Notes: a model not told the origin generated them from the letters alone. A stretch of DNA of 64,000 nt from an uncultured delta proteobacterium (GCA_963778655.1 CAVZVA010000003.1:448001-512000); one strand, 5' to 3'. Positions 12,811-22,838 are shown, numbered from the stretch's first letter. Made by a program: numbers and translations.

Positions 12811-14673
12811 ATGCGACCAGGGGCAGCAAGGCGGGCTGCGCTCTGGCTCGTGCTCGCGGCCGGGCTCGCCGCCTGCTCGGGACCGCACGCGAGCGGCACG
12901 CACGCGCCGGAAATCGACGGCGGCGCGCGCGGCGGGGACGGCGGAGGCCCGGCCGGGGGCGGCGGAACGAGCGCGGGCGCGGCCAAGGATGCCGGGCCGG
13001 CAGGCGCGGGGCGCGATGCCGCAAGCGCGCCGGGGGGCGGCTCGGACGCGGGCGCGGCGGGCGGAGCGGTGGCGGACGGCGCGGTCGATGGTGGCGCGCG
13101 CGACGGCGGCGCGCCGGCGCCGCGCGAGAATCCGTGGTGCGTGGCGCCCTCGGCCTCTTCCTCGCGGGCGATCGCGTCGTGGGCGCCCGAGATCGCGGCC
13201 GCGGGCGTGGGCTGGGTGCGCGCGTTCGACCAGAGCCAGAGCCAGATGGCGCTGACGGCGACCGCGGACAATGGGCTCGAGCTCTCCGGCATCTTCATCT
13301 TCAGCGACCCGGGGCCGAATCAGACCTTCCCGGTCAACAGCCTGCCGGCGTTCGCGGATTACGTGACCCAGGCGATCTCCGATACCAGCGGCAAGGTGCT
13401 GAGCTGGGAGGTGTGGAACGAGCCGCCCAACTTCAGCGAGAACAAGTCGCCCGACGCGTATGCGCAGGTGGTGGTCGCGGCTCATGACGCGGCGAAGGCC
13501 GAGGACGCGCGCGTGCAAGTCGGGCTCGCCGCGCAGAGCAACTTCGTCAATTTCCTCGCACAGGCGATCGGCAGCGGCGCCGCCGATCACTTCGACTACG
13601 TGACGGTGCACCCGTACGAGATCCTCGGGCTGCTCGACCAGGGCTTCGAGGGTGAGTACATGAGCATCGTCCCGACGCTGCGCAAGATGCTGGCGGACAA
13701 GGATCCGGCGCGGGGCGGCGCGCCGGTCTGGTTCACCGAGCTCGGCGAGCCGGTCAGCGGCGCGACGAGCGAGACGCACCAGGCCGACACACTGGTCAAG
13801 GCGTATGTGATGGGCATCGCGCAGGGCGCCACGCGCGTGTGCTGGTTCGAGCCGCTGGACGGCGACTCGGGGCCGTTCGGGTTGATCGCGGGCGGCGGCG
13901 CGAGCGGCGCGAAGCGCCCTGCGTACACGGCGCTGGCGACCTTGGTCACGCAGATCGGCGCCCACCCGCGTTACGTGGGTTGGACGCTGCTGCAGGGCAG
14001 CAGCTATGCGTTCGTGTTCGACGGCCCGGCCGGCACGGTGATGGTGGCCTGGACGCCGCCGGGCCAGACCCAGAGCGTGCCGCTCGGCACCGGCGTCACC
14101 GTGGTTACGCTCGGCACCGGCGCGAGCGCCGGCGCCACCTCGGTCGACCTCAGCAGCTCGCCGGTGCTGATCGCGGGTGTGCCGGCGGCGCTGCGCGCGC
14201 AGGCGCAGGGCAACCTGGGCACGCCGTTTCCGTGGGGCGGCGACTATAGCGCCGCCAGCTCGGTGTCGTTCACCGCACCCGACCTGCAGGACGGGCTGCA
14301 CCCACTGGGCCAGGCGTCCACGCTGACGATCGACGGCAGCATGGCGCGCGATCAGAGCAGCTCGCCCGGGCAGAGCTTCACCGTGGACCCAAACTTTCTC
14401 TCGTACACCACCGCGTCGCTGCGCATCACCGCGGTGGTGCGGCGCAACGGCAGCGACAACGCCGGCTTCAACCTCAAGTACGAATCCACTTCGGGCTGGA
14501 AAGGCACCGGCAGCTGGTACTCGGTGCCGGGCAGCGACCAGTGGTACACGCAGAGCTGGACCCTCGACGATCCGCAATTCGTGGGCAAGTGGGGCTACAA
14601 CTTCTCGTTCGACTCCGACTCGACCAGCAACAGCAAGTACAGCATCAAGAGCGTGACGGTCACCAAGCTGTGA
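12811..14673 (+). CDS. Lipoprotein glycoside hydrolase (clan GH-A) with C-terminal beta-rich module
   Basis: Lipobox LAAC, Gly-rich linker, WEVWNEP (acid/base), HPY, VWFTELG (nucleophile). Confidence 0.8.
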   Translation: MRPGAARRAALWLVLAAGLAACSGPHASGTHAPEIDGGARGGDGGGPAGGGGTSAGAAKDAGPAGAGRDAASAPGGGSDAGAAGGAVADGAVDGGARDGGAPAPRENPWCVAPSASSSRAIASWAPEIAAAGVGWVRAFDQSQSQMALTATADNGLELSGIFIFSDPGPNQTFPVNSLPAFADYVTQAISDTSGKVLSWEVWNEPPNFSENKSPDAYAQVVVAAHDAAKAEDARVQVGLAAQSNFVNFLAQAIGSGAADHFDYVTVHPYEILGLLDQGFEGEYMSIVPTLRKMLADKDPARGGAPVWFTELGEPVSGATSETHQADTLVKAYVMGIAQGATRVCWFEPLDGDSGPFGLIAGGGASGAKRPAYTALATLVTQIGAHPRYVGWTLLQGSSYAFVFDGPAGTVMVAWTPPGQTQSVPLGTGVTVVTLGTGASAGATSVDLSSSPVLIAGVPAALRAQAQGNLGTPFPWGGDYSAASSVSFTAPDLQDGLHPLGQASTLTIDGSMARDQSSSPGQSFTVDPNFLSYTTASLRITAVVRRNGSDNAGFNLKYESTSGWKGTGSWYSVPGSDQWYTQSWTLDDPQFVGKWGYNFSFDSDSTSNSKYSIKSVTVTKL

Positions 14674-14805
14674 AGAGAAAGGCGGGGACGGCGGGCGCGC
14701 GCCCGAGCCGGGCTGCGCGTGACCCGCTCGGGTGGCGGGCCCGCACTACGTCGGACAGCGAGGCCGCGGCAGCGCTGGTGCCGCGCGGTGCTCGGCCAGG
14801 CCCGC

Positions 14806-16437
14806 ATGCGCAGCTCCGCTCGATCGCCCGGCCCCGCGCTCAGCCGCCGCCTCAGCCGGCGGCATTGGGCGGCGCTTGCGGGTGCGAGCTGGCTCGCGTG
14901 CGCGCTCGGCGCGTGCCCGCAGCTGTGTGCGGCCCAGGTGATCGAGCCCAACGGGGTGAAGGTGCCGGCGCCGTCGAGCGGCGGCGCCTCCGAGACGACG
15001 CTGCAAGCGTACTTCGATGCGCTGAGCCCGCCCGAGCCGATCGACGCGGTCGCCGATGCAAGCCCCGAGCCCGCGACCTTCTCGCCGCTGTGCGACTTCG
15101 AGGCCGCCCTGGTGTTGAGCCAGTCGTCTGCGGCGGCGGGGCTCGCGTGGTACAACGTGCCGGCCGATCCGAGCGCGGCACCCGACGCGATCTATCCGAT
15201 CGTGGCCGAGACCACGATGACGGGCGCGACGCTCTCGAGCAGCGCGATCCGCGACGATCCGAGCTACGCGGGCGGCTTGGTCGGCTTTGTGCTGACCAAG
15301 CTCGGCGGCCAGCCGATCTACTACTCCGAGTACCGCCGCAACGCGCTGTGCAGCGCCTGCAGCATGCCCGGTCACTGGAAGATGATGCTGGCGTATGCCT
15401 CGCGACTGCAGCCGAACACCTATTACCTCGCGTTCGAGGACTGGGAAGGCGCGAACGAGAACGGCTGGCCCGACGACGGCGACTTCAACGACAAGGTGTT
15501 CGAGCTGCAGGGCGTGCGCTGCGCCGGCGGCGGCGAGCCCTGCGACACCGGGATGCTGGGCGTATGCGCGCGCGGGCTTACGGGCTGCGCCAACGGCGGC
15601 ACGCCCGCGTGCAACCCGCACGTAGGCGCCATGCCCGAGAGCTGCGACGGCGCCGACAACGATTGCGACGGCATGATCGACGAGGGTCAGCTGTGCGAGC
15701 TGAGCGAGATCTGCGAGCGCGGCAATTGCCTGCCCGCGTGCTACGGCGGCGAGTTCAATTGCCTGGCCGGAGCCACCTGCGTCGAGGGCCACTGCGTCGA
15801 GGACGCCTGCGCCGACGTGAGCTGCGAGCCCGGCCTGGTGTGCCGCGCGGGCGCTTGCGTGTCGCCGTGCGACGGCGTGGTCTGTCCGCTGGGGCAGGCG
15901 TGCAGCGGCGGGGTGTGCCGCGACCCGTGCGAGGGCGTGCAGTGCGACCAGGGCTTGGTTTGCGTGAGCGGCGTGTGCGTGGAGTCGTGCGCCTGCGCCG
16001 CGTGCCCGAGCGGGCTGAGCTGCAATGCGAGCAGCGGCCAGTGCATGGCGCCCAACTGCGCGGGCGTGAGCTGCGAGCCGGGCAGCGTGTGCAACGACGG
16101 CATGTGTCAGGACCCGTGCGAGGGCGTGAAGTGCCCGGGCGGCGAGCGCTGCGCGAGCGGCCGCTGCGGAGAACCGGCCACGGCAGGCGGCGGCGGAGCC
16201 AAGGCTGCGGGCGCGGGCGGCGTGGGCACGAGCGCGACCGCGGGCGCCGCGGCCGGTGGCACGAACGGCGGCCAGGCTGGCACGCAGGACATGCGCGCGG
16301 CTGGAGACGGCGCGAGCGCGGGCTGCGGCTGCGAGCTCGCACGCTCGCGTGCGGCCGCGGCACCCGGAGCGCTGGCAGCCTATCTGCTGCTCGCGGCATG
16401 GGCGTGGCACGCGCGGCGACGGCGGGGCGTGCGATAG
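14806..16437 (+). CDS. DUF4114-like domain plus Cys-rich repeats and MYXO-CTERM-like tail
   Basis: YYLAFEDW...DGDFNDKVF; ESCDGADNDCDGMIDE; CxGVxC repeats; GCGC...AYLLLAAWAWHARRRR; start uncertain. Confidence 0.8.
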   Translation: MRSSARSPGPALSRRLSRRHWAALAGASWLACALGACPQLCAAQVIEPNGVKVPAPSSGGASETTLQAYFDALSPPEPIDAVADASPEPATFSPLCDFEAALVLSQSSAAAGLAWYNVPADPSAAPDAIYPIVAETTMTGATLSSSAIRDDPSYAGGLVGFVLTKLGGQPIYYSEYRRNALCSACSMPGHWKMMLAYASRLQPNTYYLAFEDWEGANENGWPDDGDFNDKVFELQGVRCAGGGEPCDTGMLGVCARGLTGCANGGTPACNPHVGAMPESCDGADNDCDGMIDEGQLCELSEICERGNCLPACYGGEFNCLAGATCVEGHCVEDACADVSCEPGLVCRAGACVSPCDGVVCPLGQACSGGVCRDPCEGVQCDQGLVCVSGVCVESCACAACPSGLSCNASSGQCMAPNCAGVSCEPGSVCNDGMCQDPCEGVKCPGGERCASGRCGEPATAGGGGAKAAGAGGVGTSATAGAAAGGTNGGQAGTQDMRAAGDGASAGCGCELARSRAAAAPGALAAYLLLAAWAWHARRRRGVR

Positions 16438-16439
16438 CA

Positions 16440-16853
16440 CGTCGGCCAGCGCAGTGGTGTGCACGACCAGCGGTGCGCCGCCTGCGACCAGCTGCATCAC
16501 GTAGATCAGCGCCTCGCCCTCCGGCCGCAGGATGGGTTCGAGCTTCGCGAGCAGCACGTCGACCAGCGCATTGCCCTCGGGGCCGGCGGCCGAGCTGAGC
16601 GTGCCGTCGATCCCAGGCGGCGCGGGCACGAAGGGCGGGTTCGCGAGCACGCGGTCCTAGAGCACCGAACATATTGAAACACGCACGATTTCGGGGCCCG
16701 CGCGGGCGCATGGCACGCGCGCTCCCCGCTCGACGTAGGATGGACTACGCCTTCGGGCTCCCGCCCGCACCCTGCATCCCGCCATGACCCCGACTTCGCA
16801 CACGCTTCAATATGTTCGGTGCTCTAGGGCTGCTCGGGCTCGAAGCGCTCGAT
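16440..16853 (-). pseudogene. SAM-dependent methyltransferase remnant (NPPF type) interrupted by a fold-back element
   Basis: IERFEPEQP | element | DRVLANPPFVP...GPEGNALVDVLL...LRPEGEALI; the two halves join in frame. Confidence 0.7.
16657..16827. mobile_element. MITE-like element, 171 bp, CTAG at both ends
   Basis: Perfect IR CCTAGAGCACCGAACATATTGAA (16656-16678) / TTCAATATGTTCGGTGCTCTAGG (16806-16828); central hairpin CGTAG-N6-CTACG. Confidence 0.85.
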
Positions 16854-16919
16854 CGGCGGCGCCGCCGGTCGAGGCGAGGGGCGCGCGCGGCGGCGCGGCC
16901 CAGCGGGCCCGTGGTATAA

Positions 16920-18092
16920 GTGGTGTTGACGGGGTTGCTGCTCGCGTCGGGCCTGTTGCACGTCGTTGTGATCGGCTCGCTGCCGCGGCAGCGCCCCGGG
17001 GCGGGCGCCGCGGCGGCGCCGCAGTGGATCACGCTGGCGATCGAGTCGCAACCGTCGCCCGCGGCTCGCGCCACCCCTGAGACCGCCGCGCGCGCGCCGG
17101 CGCGCCGGCCCGACCAAGACGCCGCACGGGCGTCCGGCGTGCGGGCCCCAGCGGCCCCGCCCTCGCGCGAGCTTTCGCCGCCGCTCGCCGTGCCGCCGGC
17201 TGTCGCCACCGCGCCGGCGCCGCTCGCCGTGCCGCGCGCTGTCGCCGCCGCGCCGCCGCCCGCCAGCTCGCCCGCACGCGTGGACCTCGCGCCGCGCAGC
17301 GCCGCGCTGTCCGCCGAGCCCGTCGCGGCGGCCGCTGCGACGCCCGCCACGCCCGAGGCGCTGGCCGCGCGCCGCGGGGCGCAGCTGTCGGCGGAGCTGC
17401 GCGCGGTCGCGAATGCCAACCCCAACCGCCAGCGCCGCGCGCCGCAGCTCGAGCGCGACACAGACGGCACCTGTCACTACAACGGCGACGCCATCGACGC
17501 GACCATCCTGCCCGATGGCGGCGTGCGCTTCGAGGACAGGGCGCCGGAGGTAGCCGCGGTTTCGGTCGAGCCGCTGCAGCGCGGCCAGCTGCTGCCCCGC
17601 GGCGGGGTCGCGGAGCCGCCCGCGCGACCGGTGACACCGGAAGAACAGGTGGTCCCACAGCAGCTGGAGCTCAGGGTCCGCGCGCGGCCCCGCGCCTGGC
17701 AAGCGGAACGCGCGTGGTTCCTGCGCCAGACGCAGGCGCTGCGCCAGCAGCTCGCGGACTCCGCGCACGAGCGCGAGCTCGCCCAGGACGAGCACGCGCT
17801 GCGCAAGCGCCTCGATCGCATCTGGTGCGACGCGGCCAAGGCTCCGGCGACGCGGCGGCGCGCGTTGTTCGAGCTGTGGGATAGCACCAGCGACGACGAC
17901 GAGATCGGCGCCCGCGGCCGGCGCGTGATCCTCGCCTACATCCGCGAGAACCTGCCACGCCGCAGCGGTTTTGCCTATGCCGGCGCCGAGCTGGTCGCGC
18001 TCAACTCCGCACGCCGCCAGCGCGACGCGTTCGACCCCTACGGCGCGCCCGTGCCCGGCAACGCTGCACTGTCCGACGGCGGAGGACGCTGA
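16920..18092 (+). CDS. Hypothetical protein: N-terminal TM, Pro/Ala linker, helical C-terminal domain
   Basis: TM start; C-terminal RRRALFELWD...RRVILAYIRENLP segment looks like a folded domain. Confidence 0.65.
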   Translation: MVLTGLLLASGLLHVVVIGSLPRQRPGAGAAAAPQWITLAIESQPSPAARATPETAARAPARRPDQDAARASGVRAPAAPPSRELSPPLAVPPAVATAPAPLAVPRAVAAAPPPASSPARVDLAPRSAALSAEPVAAAAATPATPEALAARRGAQLSAELRAVANANPNRQRRAPQLERDTDGTCHYNGDAIDATILPDGGVRFEDRAPEVAAVSVEPLQRGQLLPRGGVAEPPARPVTPEEQVVPQQLELRVRARPRAWQAERAWFLRQTQALRQQLADSAHERELAQDEHALRKRLDRIWCDAAKAPATRRRALFELWDSTSDDDEIGARGRRVILAYIRENLPRRSGFAYAGAELVALNSARRQRDAFDPYGAPVPGNAALSDGGGR

Positions 18093-18096
18093 GAGG

Positions 18097-18330
18097 CTAC
18101 AGAGCGGGCTGGGCGAGGCAGCTCGCGATACCCACCCTGCTGTTCCCAGTAGCCGTCCTGGCACGCCATCGAGGGGCCGAGCGAAATCTCCGGTGTGCAG
18201 GGGGAGCCGTACCCGCACGTCTCGCCCTCTGCCGTGCAGCCGCCCCCCGGCCAAGGGCCGCTGCATTGGGCAGGCCGGCGCGCCTTGCGGTGAGTGGAAG
18301 ACGTTCGCGCGACGACTGCACATCCAGGTC
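18097..18330 (-). pseudogene. Fragment of a Cys-rich secreted protein
   Basis: Across a shift at the C6 run 18243-18248: PACPMQRPLAG/GCTAEGETCGYGSPC...MACQDGYW; no signal peptide. Confidence 0.5.
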
Positions 18331-18382
18331 AACACCGCGACCGTCCGCGCGCACCGGCGTGCGCGAGCAGGTTGAACACGGG

Positions 18383-18434
18383 CGTGAACCGTGCACCGGC
18401 CGTGAACCGTGCACCGGCTGAACCGTGCACCGGC
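18383..18434. repeat. Three tandem copies of (CG)TGAACCGTGCACCGGC
   Basis: Copies at 18383-18400, 18401-18418, 18419-18434. Confidence 0.9.
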
Positions 18435-18509
18435 CAGCGCGTCTTCAGGTCGACCGTGCGCCTGAAATGCCTGGCGGAGCGACGCCATGGCTAGTCAGCA
18501 CCAACTGGA

Positions 18510-18956
18510 TCACGGCGCGCGTTCGCGCTCGGGCGGCGTGTGCTCGTGGCGCATGATCGCCTCCGAGAGCGGCGCCGGGATCGCGGTAGGCCGGTGCGGC
18601 TCGCCTGCGACCGTCACGTAGACGATTTCGCCGGTGACCAGCGTCTGCGCCTGGCGCACGATCTCGAGCAGCATGCGCAGGCTGGTGCGCCCGATGCGGC
18701 CGCAACGCACGCCGACCGTCAGCAGCTCGTCGAAGCGCGCCGGCGCCTTGTACTCGAGCGTGGCCTTGACCACGACGGTGTCCACGCCGAGCGCGAGCAG
18801 GCCGGCCGGGTAGGCGAAGCCTATCTCGCGCCAGTACTCGGTGATCGCGACATCGGCGTACATCAGGTAGTTGGGATTGAACACAATCCCCTGCGGATCG
18901 ACTTCTGCCCAGCGAACGCGCAGCGGGTGCTGCAATCGAAAGTCGGCCAGGGCCAT
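18510..18956 (-). CDS. Acyl-CoA thioesterase (YbgC/FadM hotdog family)
   Basis: VRWAEVDPQGIVFNPNYL; LEYKAPARFDE. Confidence 0.9.
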   Translation of the reverse strand: MALADFRLQHPLRVRWAEVDPQGIVFNPNYLMYADVAITEYWREIGFAYPAGLLALGVDTVVVKATLEYKAPARFDELLTVGVRCGRIGRTSLRMLLEIVRQAQTLVTGEIVYVTVAGEPHRPTAIPAPLSEAIMRHEHTPPERERAP

Positions 18957-19117
18957 GGCCGGCAGTGTGGAGCAACGCGCCGGCCGGGACCAGCGAGATC
19001 AGGGCTGGCGCACTCGATCAGAGCTCGCGATTCGGGCCGATCGGCATCGCCGTTCCCGAATCGTGATCGGTCATTCGGCCTCGGAGGCGCTTCCGCCAGG
19101 CCGGGTACCCGCGAGCG

Positions 19118-21413
19118 CTACGGGCTGAGCGGTACGCGTGGGCCGCCCGAGCGCGCCTGCATGCCCGGCGCGAACAGATCGCCCGAATTCGGAATGCAGA
19201 AACCCGACTGTGGATCGAAGCCGGAGGCACCAACTTCGGGCATGGTGAAGCTGATGTCCTTGGCTCGACCGTGGCCCTGCGAGCTCGTCGTGTGGCCGTT
19301 GTGGATGACCAGCGACGGGTGATCGAACGGCGCCTGGTCGCACTGCACCCGGCGGTCCGTGAGCGCCTTCAAGAAGTGCTCGAGCGCGGCGAGGTCGTCG
19401 TTCGTGCTGTCCTTGCCGAGCTCCGCGCACGCGGGATCCGGCACGCCATTCGCGTCGCAGTCGAGCAGGCCGAGCGGAACGGCGAGCCCCGTGGCGTTGG
19501 TGTTGCAGTCCGGCCCCTGGACGGGCCACGGCTGGTCGCCGTCGGGGCCGGAGCCGGAGTCGTCGCCCGTGACGCATTGGCTGCCCGCGGCCGCCGCCGG
19601 ATCGAGCGGGATGTCGCGCCGGTTCAAGCCGCGGTTGTAGGTCTTGAGCATCTGGCGCAGCGACGGATAGCCGCCCCAGCTGAAGTAAGGCGGCGTAAGG
19701 GCCACGTTGCGCAAGCCGGGGATCTTGGTGGAGCCGTCGTCCTCGAGCTTGTCCCACGGCCGCGCCCTCGAGCTGCCGAACAGCGCCGTGTTTCCTGCCG
19801 CGATCGCGTCCGCGAGCGCAGCATCGACCACCGCGTCGGGGTTGCCTTCGAGCAGGTGCTTGTATTGCCGTCCGAACGCGAGCGGATTGCCGTACGGGTC
19901 CGTGCCGCCCGACATCGGATCGCTCACCCACGGGCGCAAGCCGATGTTGGCGAAGCCGCGATCGCGCAAACCGGTCTTGCCGTTGATATCGCCGACCGCC
20001 AAGAAGATTGGAAACGACTGCCCGTTTACGAACGCGTTCTCGCTGAAGGTCGGGCCGCTATGGCATGCGGAGCACTGTGCGCCCTTCCCGCCGTCCGGAA
20101 GCGTCCTGTTCTGGCCGGCGAAGAACAGGCTGCAACCTCGCACGAGCAGCGGGTCGACGTTCTCCGTGCCGGTACAACCCGCACCGGACGTGGTGAGATC
20201 GCCGCTCGCGACCAGGCTATCGAGCTCGCTCTGGTCGGAGACCAACGTCTGTTCGTACATCATGATGGCGACGCCCCAGAACATCGAGAAGTTCTGCTCG
20301 ATCTGCGTGTAGCCTGCCTCGCTCGACTTGAGGCTTCCATCCGTGATGGCAAACCTGCCGTCCGCGGCCCAGTACTTCGGATCGAATGCGAGCTTGACCA
20401 GGTCCGCGTAAGTGTAGCCGCCGAGCCCCTGTCCCGAGGCGGCGCGATACGCGCCGAGCACGCTGTCATCGGGCGCGACGGTCTGCTCCCCGAGCGGTGT
20501 CATCCCGAGCATCTTACGGCCGAGGTCAGCGAAGGTCTTGCCCTCGCATGACATCTCGAGCGTGCTCACGGGCGGGGCCACCGCCTGGGATGCAAGGCTC
20601 GAGTTCTCGAGCTCCAGGTAATCGAGCTGGGGTTGCCCGGCCTCCTCGAGCACCACCAGGCGTGCATTGGGATCGCCCTGGATATCGCGCATCCCGAACA
20701 CACCGACACCGTTGAACATGTTGTTCGCACGCCCATCCCAGAAGTTGCGGTGAAAGAAGGCGGCGTTGATCGTGGTAGGCGTGTTGCGCGGCTCGACCTG
20801 GCGCGCCGCGAAGTTGCCGGCGTGGAAGATGTCGCCTTCGGTCTTAGAGCACTTCTCGCCCTTCTTCTTCACGCTCGTGAACGAGGCGCCGAACGCACCC
20901 TGCGACGAAATGCGATCGTTCGTAGTGGTACGGATCGCAGAGTTGCGGTCGGTCTCGTCGACCAGCTTGTGCAGCGGCATATCCTCCGGCGTGAGTGTGT
21001 AGCTCGAGTCGGCGAGCGCGCCCGACGGCATGTGGCCGGGGGCGACCTCGCCCGTGTCCGAGCGATCGGAGCCGAACGCGCTGTCGCCGTCCGGGCCGAA
21101 GGTGATGTCGTGGAAGCCTGGGTTGATCTGATTCGTCAGCCGGGTGTCAGCGCCGGCATTGAAGTGGCAGCCCGCACACGCCAGCGCCGTCGCTGCCGGC
21201 CTGTTGGTCCCAGAACAGGGCCTTGCCGAGCACGATGGCCCACGCCTTGCTGCGAACGATCCCGCTCCCCTCCGCGAGCTTCGGCGACACCGGCGGATCG
21301 AGCGCAAAGGCCGTGCCTGCGACCGCGCTCGCGACCAGCACCGCGCCGATGCACATCTGTGAGCGGTTGATTCTGCTAGCTGAAAGCCTGTCCTCGATGC
21401 CCCTCGAGCTCAT
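19118..21413 (-). CDS. Di-heme cytochrome c peroxidase/MauG superfamily protein, one frameshift near 21187
   Basis: LGKALFWD..GSDG then CAGCH in another frame; RNTPT, FWDGRA, CSACH, KIPGLRNVALTPPYF; signal peptide. Confidence 0.85.
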
Positions 21414-21450
21414 CGATCCCTCCCGTGTGTTGCGCCCCCAAAGTGTTGTC

Positions 21451-21519
21451 TGGTCGCACATTGTGCGGCCATGGTCAATGTCGGAGTCGATATGATGAAA
21501 AGCAGTGAAACGGATCACA
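21451..21519. promoter_or_regulatory. Palindrome and CRP/FNR-type box upstream of the peroxidase
   Basis: TGGTCGCACA-T-TGTGCGGCCA (21451-21471); AGTGA-N6-TCACA (21504-21519). Confidence 0.5.
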
Positions 21520-21857
21520 CCTTTGTCACTTAATCGAGGGTCACGAGGGGTCACGGGGCCACAAGGCCGGGGCTTCGCGGGCTTCGCCGCAGGGCGTCGA
21601 CGAGATCAGCGCCCTGGACCCGGCGGCTGCACCGTAACCTTGATCGTCCGCAAACAGGCGGTGCGGAGCACGCGCCATTTCGCAAGCGACGCGCCACTTG
21701 GGGAGTAGGTAACAAGAACAGGGCGAGCCGATCCGCGAGGGTCGAGGCGGTGGATGAGGTGCGCCGGTGCTGCACGCCGCGGAGCGTGCTGGGCGGCCGA
21801 ACGGTTCGGTCGACGGCGCAGCAGGTCTCGTGGTTCGGCCGCAGGGAGGGTGTGGCA

Positions 21858-22352
21858 ATGCAGGCCGTAGGAGCGTGGATCAGCGGCAGGCTGTTTGCGA
21901 TTGCGCCGACGGCCGAGATCGCGGCGGCGGCGGAGCAACTTGCGCGCGAGCGGATCAGTCACTTGCTGGTGATGGACAGCGGCGTGCTGCGCGGCATCTT
22001 GTGCGTCTGCGACATCGATCGGGCGCAAGGCGGCACGCGCGTGGCCGAAGCCATGAGCTCACAGCCATGGACGATCGAAATCGGCGCGCCCCTCACCGAC
22101 GCGCTTGCGCGTATGCGCGAGCACCGCGTCAGCTGCTTGCCGGTAGTCGAGGGCACGGGCGTGCGCGGAGTCATCACGCTTCGCGATCTGGTGCGCTTGG
22201 GCGTCGCCGACGAGGACATCGCGCGCTGCCGCGCGTGCGGCAGCGAGGAGCACGTGCGCTGCCCCGAGCACGGGCTGTCGGCGGGTTTCTGCCTCGAGTG
22301 CACGCGCAGGTCGGAGCCCCCCGCGTCGGACGATGAGCTGGGCGGCGGCTAG
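21858..22352 (+). CDS. CBS-pair protein with C-terminal Cys/His cluster
   Basis: GGAGG RBS; ISHLLV..GILCVCDI, VSCLPVV..GVITLRDL; tail CRAC..C.EH..CLEC. Confidence 0.85.
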   Translation: MQAVGAWISGRLFAIAPTAEIAAAAEQLARERISHLLVMDSGVLRGILCVCDIDRAQGGTRVAEAMSSQPWTIEIGAPLTDALARMREHRVSCLPVVEGTGVRGVITLRDLVRLGVADEDIARCRACGSEEHVRCPEHGLSAGFCLECTRRSEPPASDDELGGG

Positions 22353-22508
22353 TACAAAGATCCGGAAGCTCGATCAGGGATTATCGGCGCTGCTGCGACG
22401 CGGGTCGCATCGCGCGTGAGCCCCTGCGCCGATCGCCTGCCAGCGCGTTTGCTGACCCCATCAGCGGCAACCGCGCCAGCGACCGGATGGCCCCGCTGGC
22501 AGAGAACG

Positions 22509-22589
22509 TGCGCCAGAGAATGCGCGCTGGCAGATGGTCCCTGCGGCAGGTGGTCCTGCGCCAGAGAATACGCGCTGGCAGATGATCCC
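22509..22589. repeat. 33-bp direct repeat pair
   Basis: TGCGCCAGAGAAT[G/A]CGCGCTGGCAGATG[G/A]TCCC at 22509-22541 and 22557-22589. Confidence 0.85.
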
Positions 22590-22838
22590 CGCCCCTTGTC
22601 TCAAATCGATCTCAACTCGATATGCGAGCGGGCCGAGGGCATTGACGCGAGCAAGCGCCGGAATGACAACCCTGCTGGATGTCATTTGACGGCTCGAGCG
22701 AAGAGCAACCAACCCCACCTTACTCGAGGCTTGCGGCGCCGTAGGCGCAACAGCACCCGCACTGTGTGCAACAGGGGCAACGCGCTCGGGGCTGAGCGCA
22801 CCACCGCGAGTGCGTGAACCGCGCTCGCCAGGAGGAAC

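Noticed and set aside
19025..19066. 12-bp stem as a terminator
   Set aside because: 18-nt loop, no U-tract, weaker on the transcribed strand.
21180..21200. Programmed frameshift in the peroxidase (also M50 at 54480)
   Set aside because: No slippery heptamer seen; matches the window-wide inserted-base error pattern.
18383..22589. Short repeats as CRISPR arrays
   Set aside because: Only 2-3 copies, no unique spacers of CRISPR length, no cas genes.
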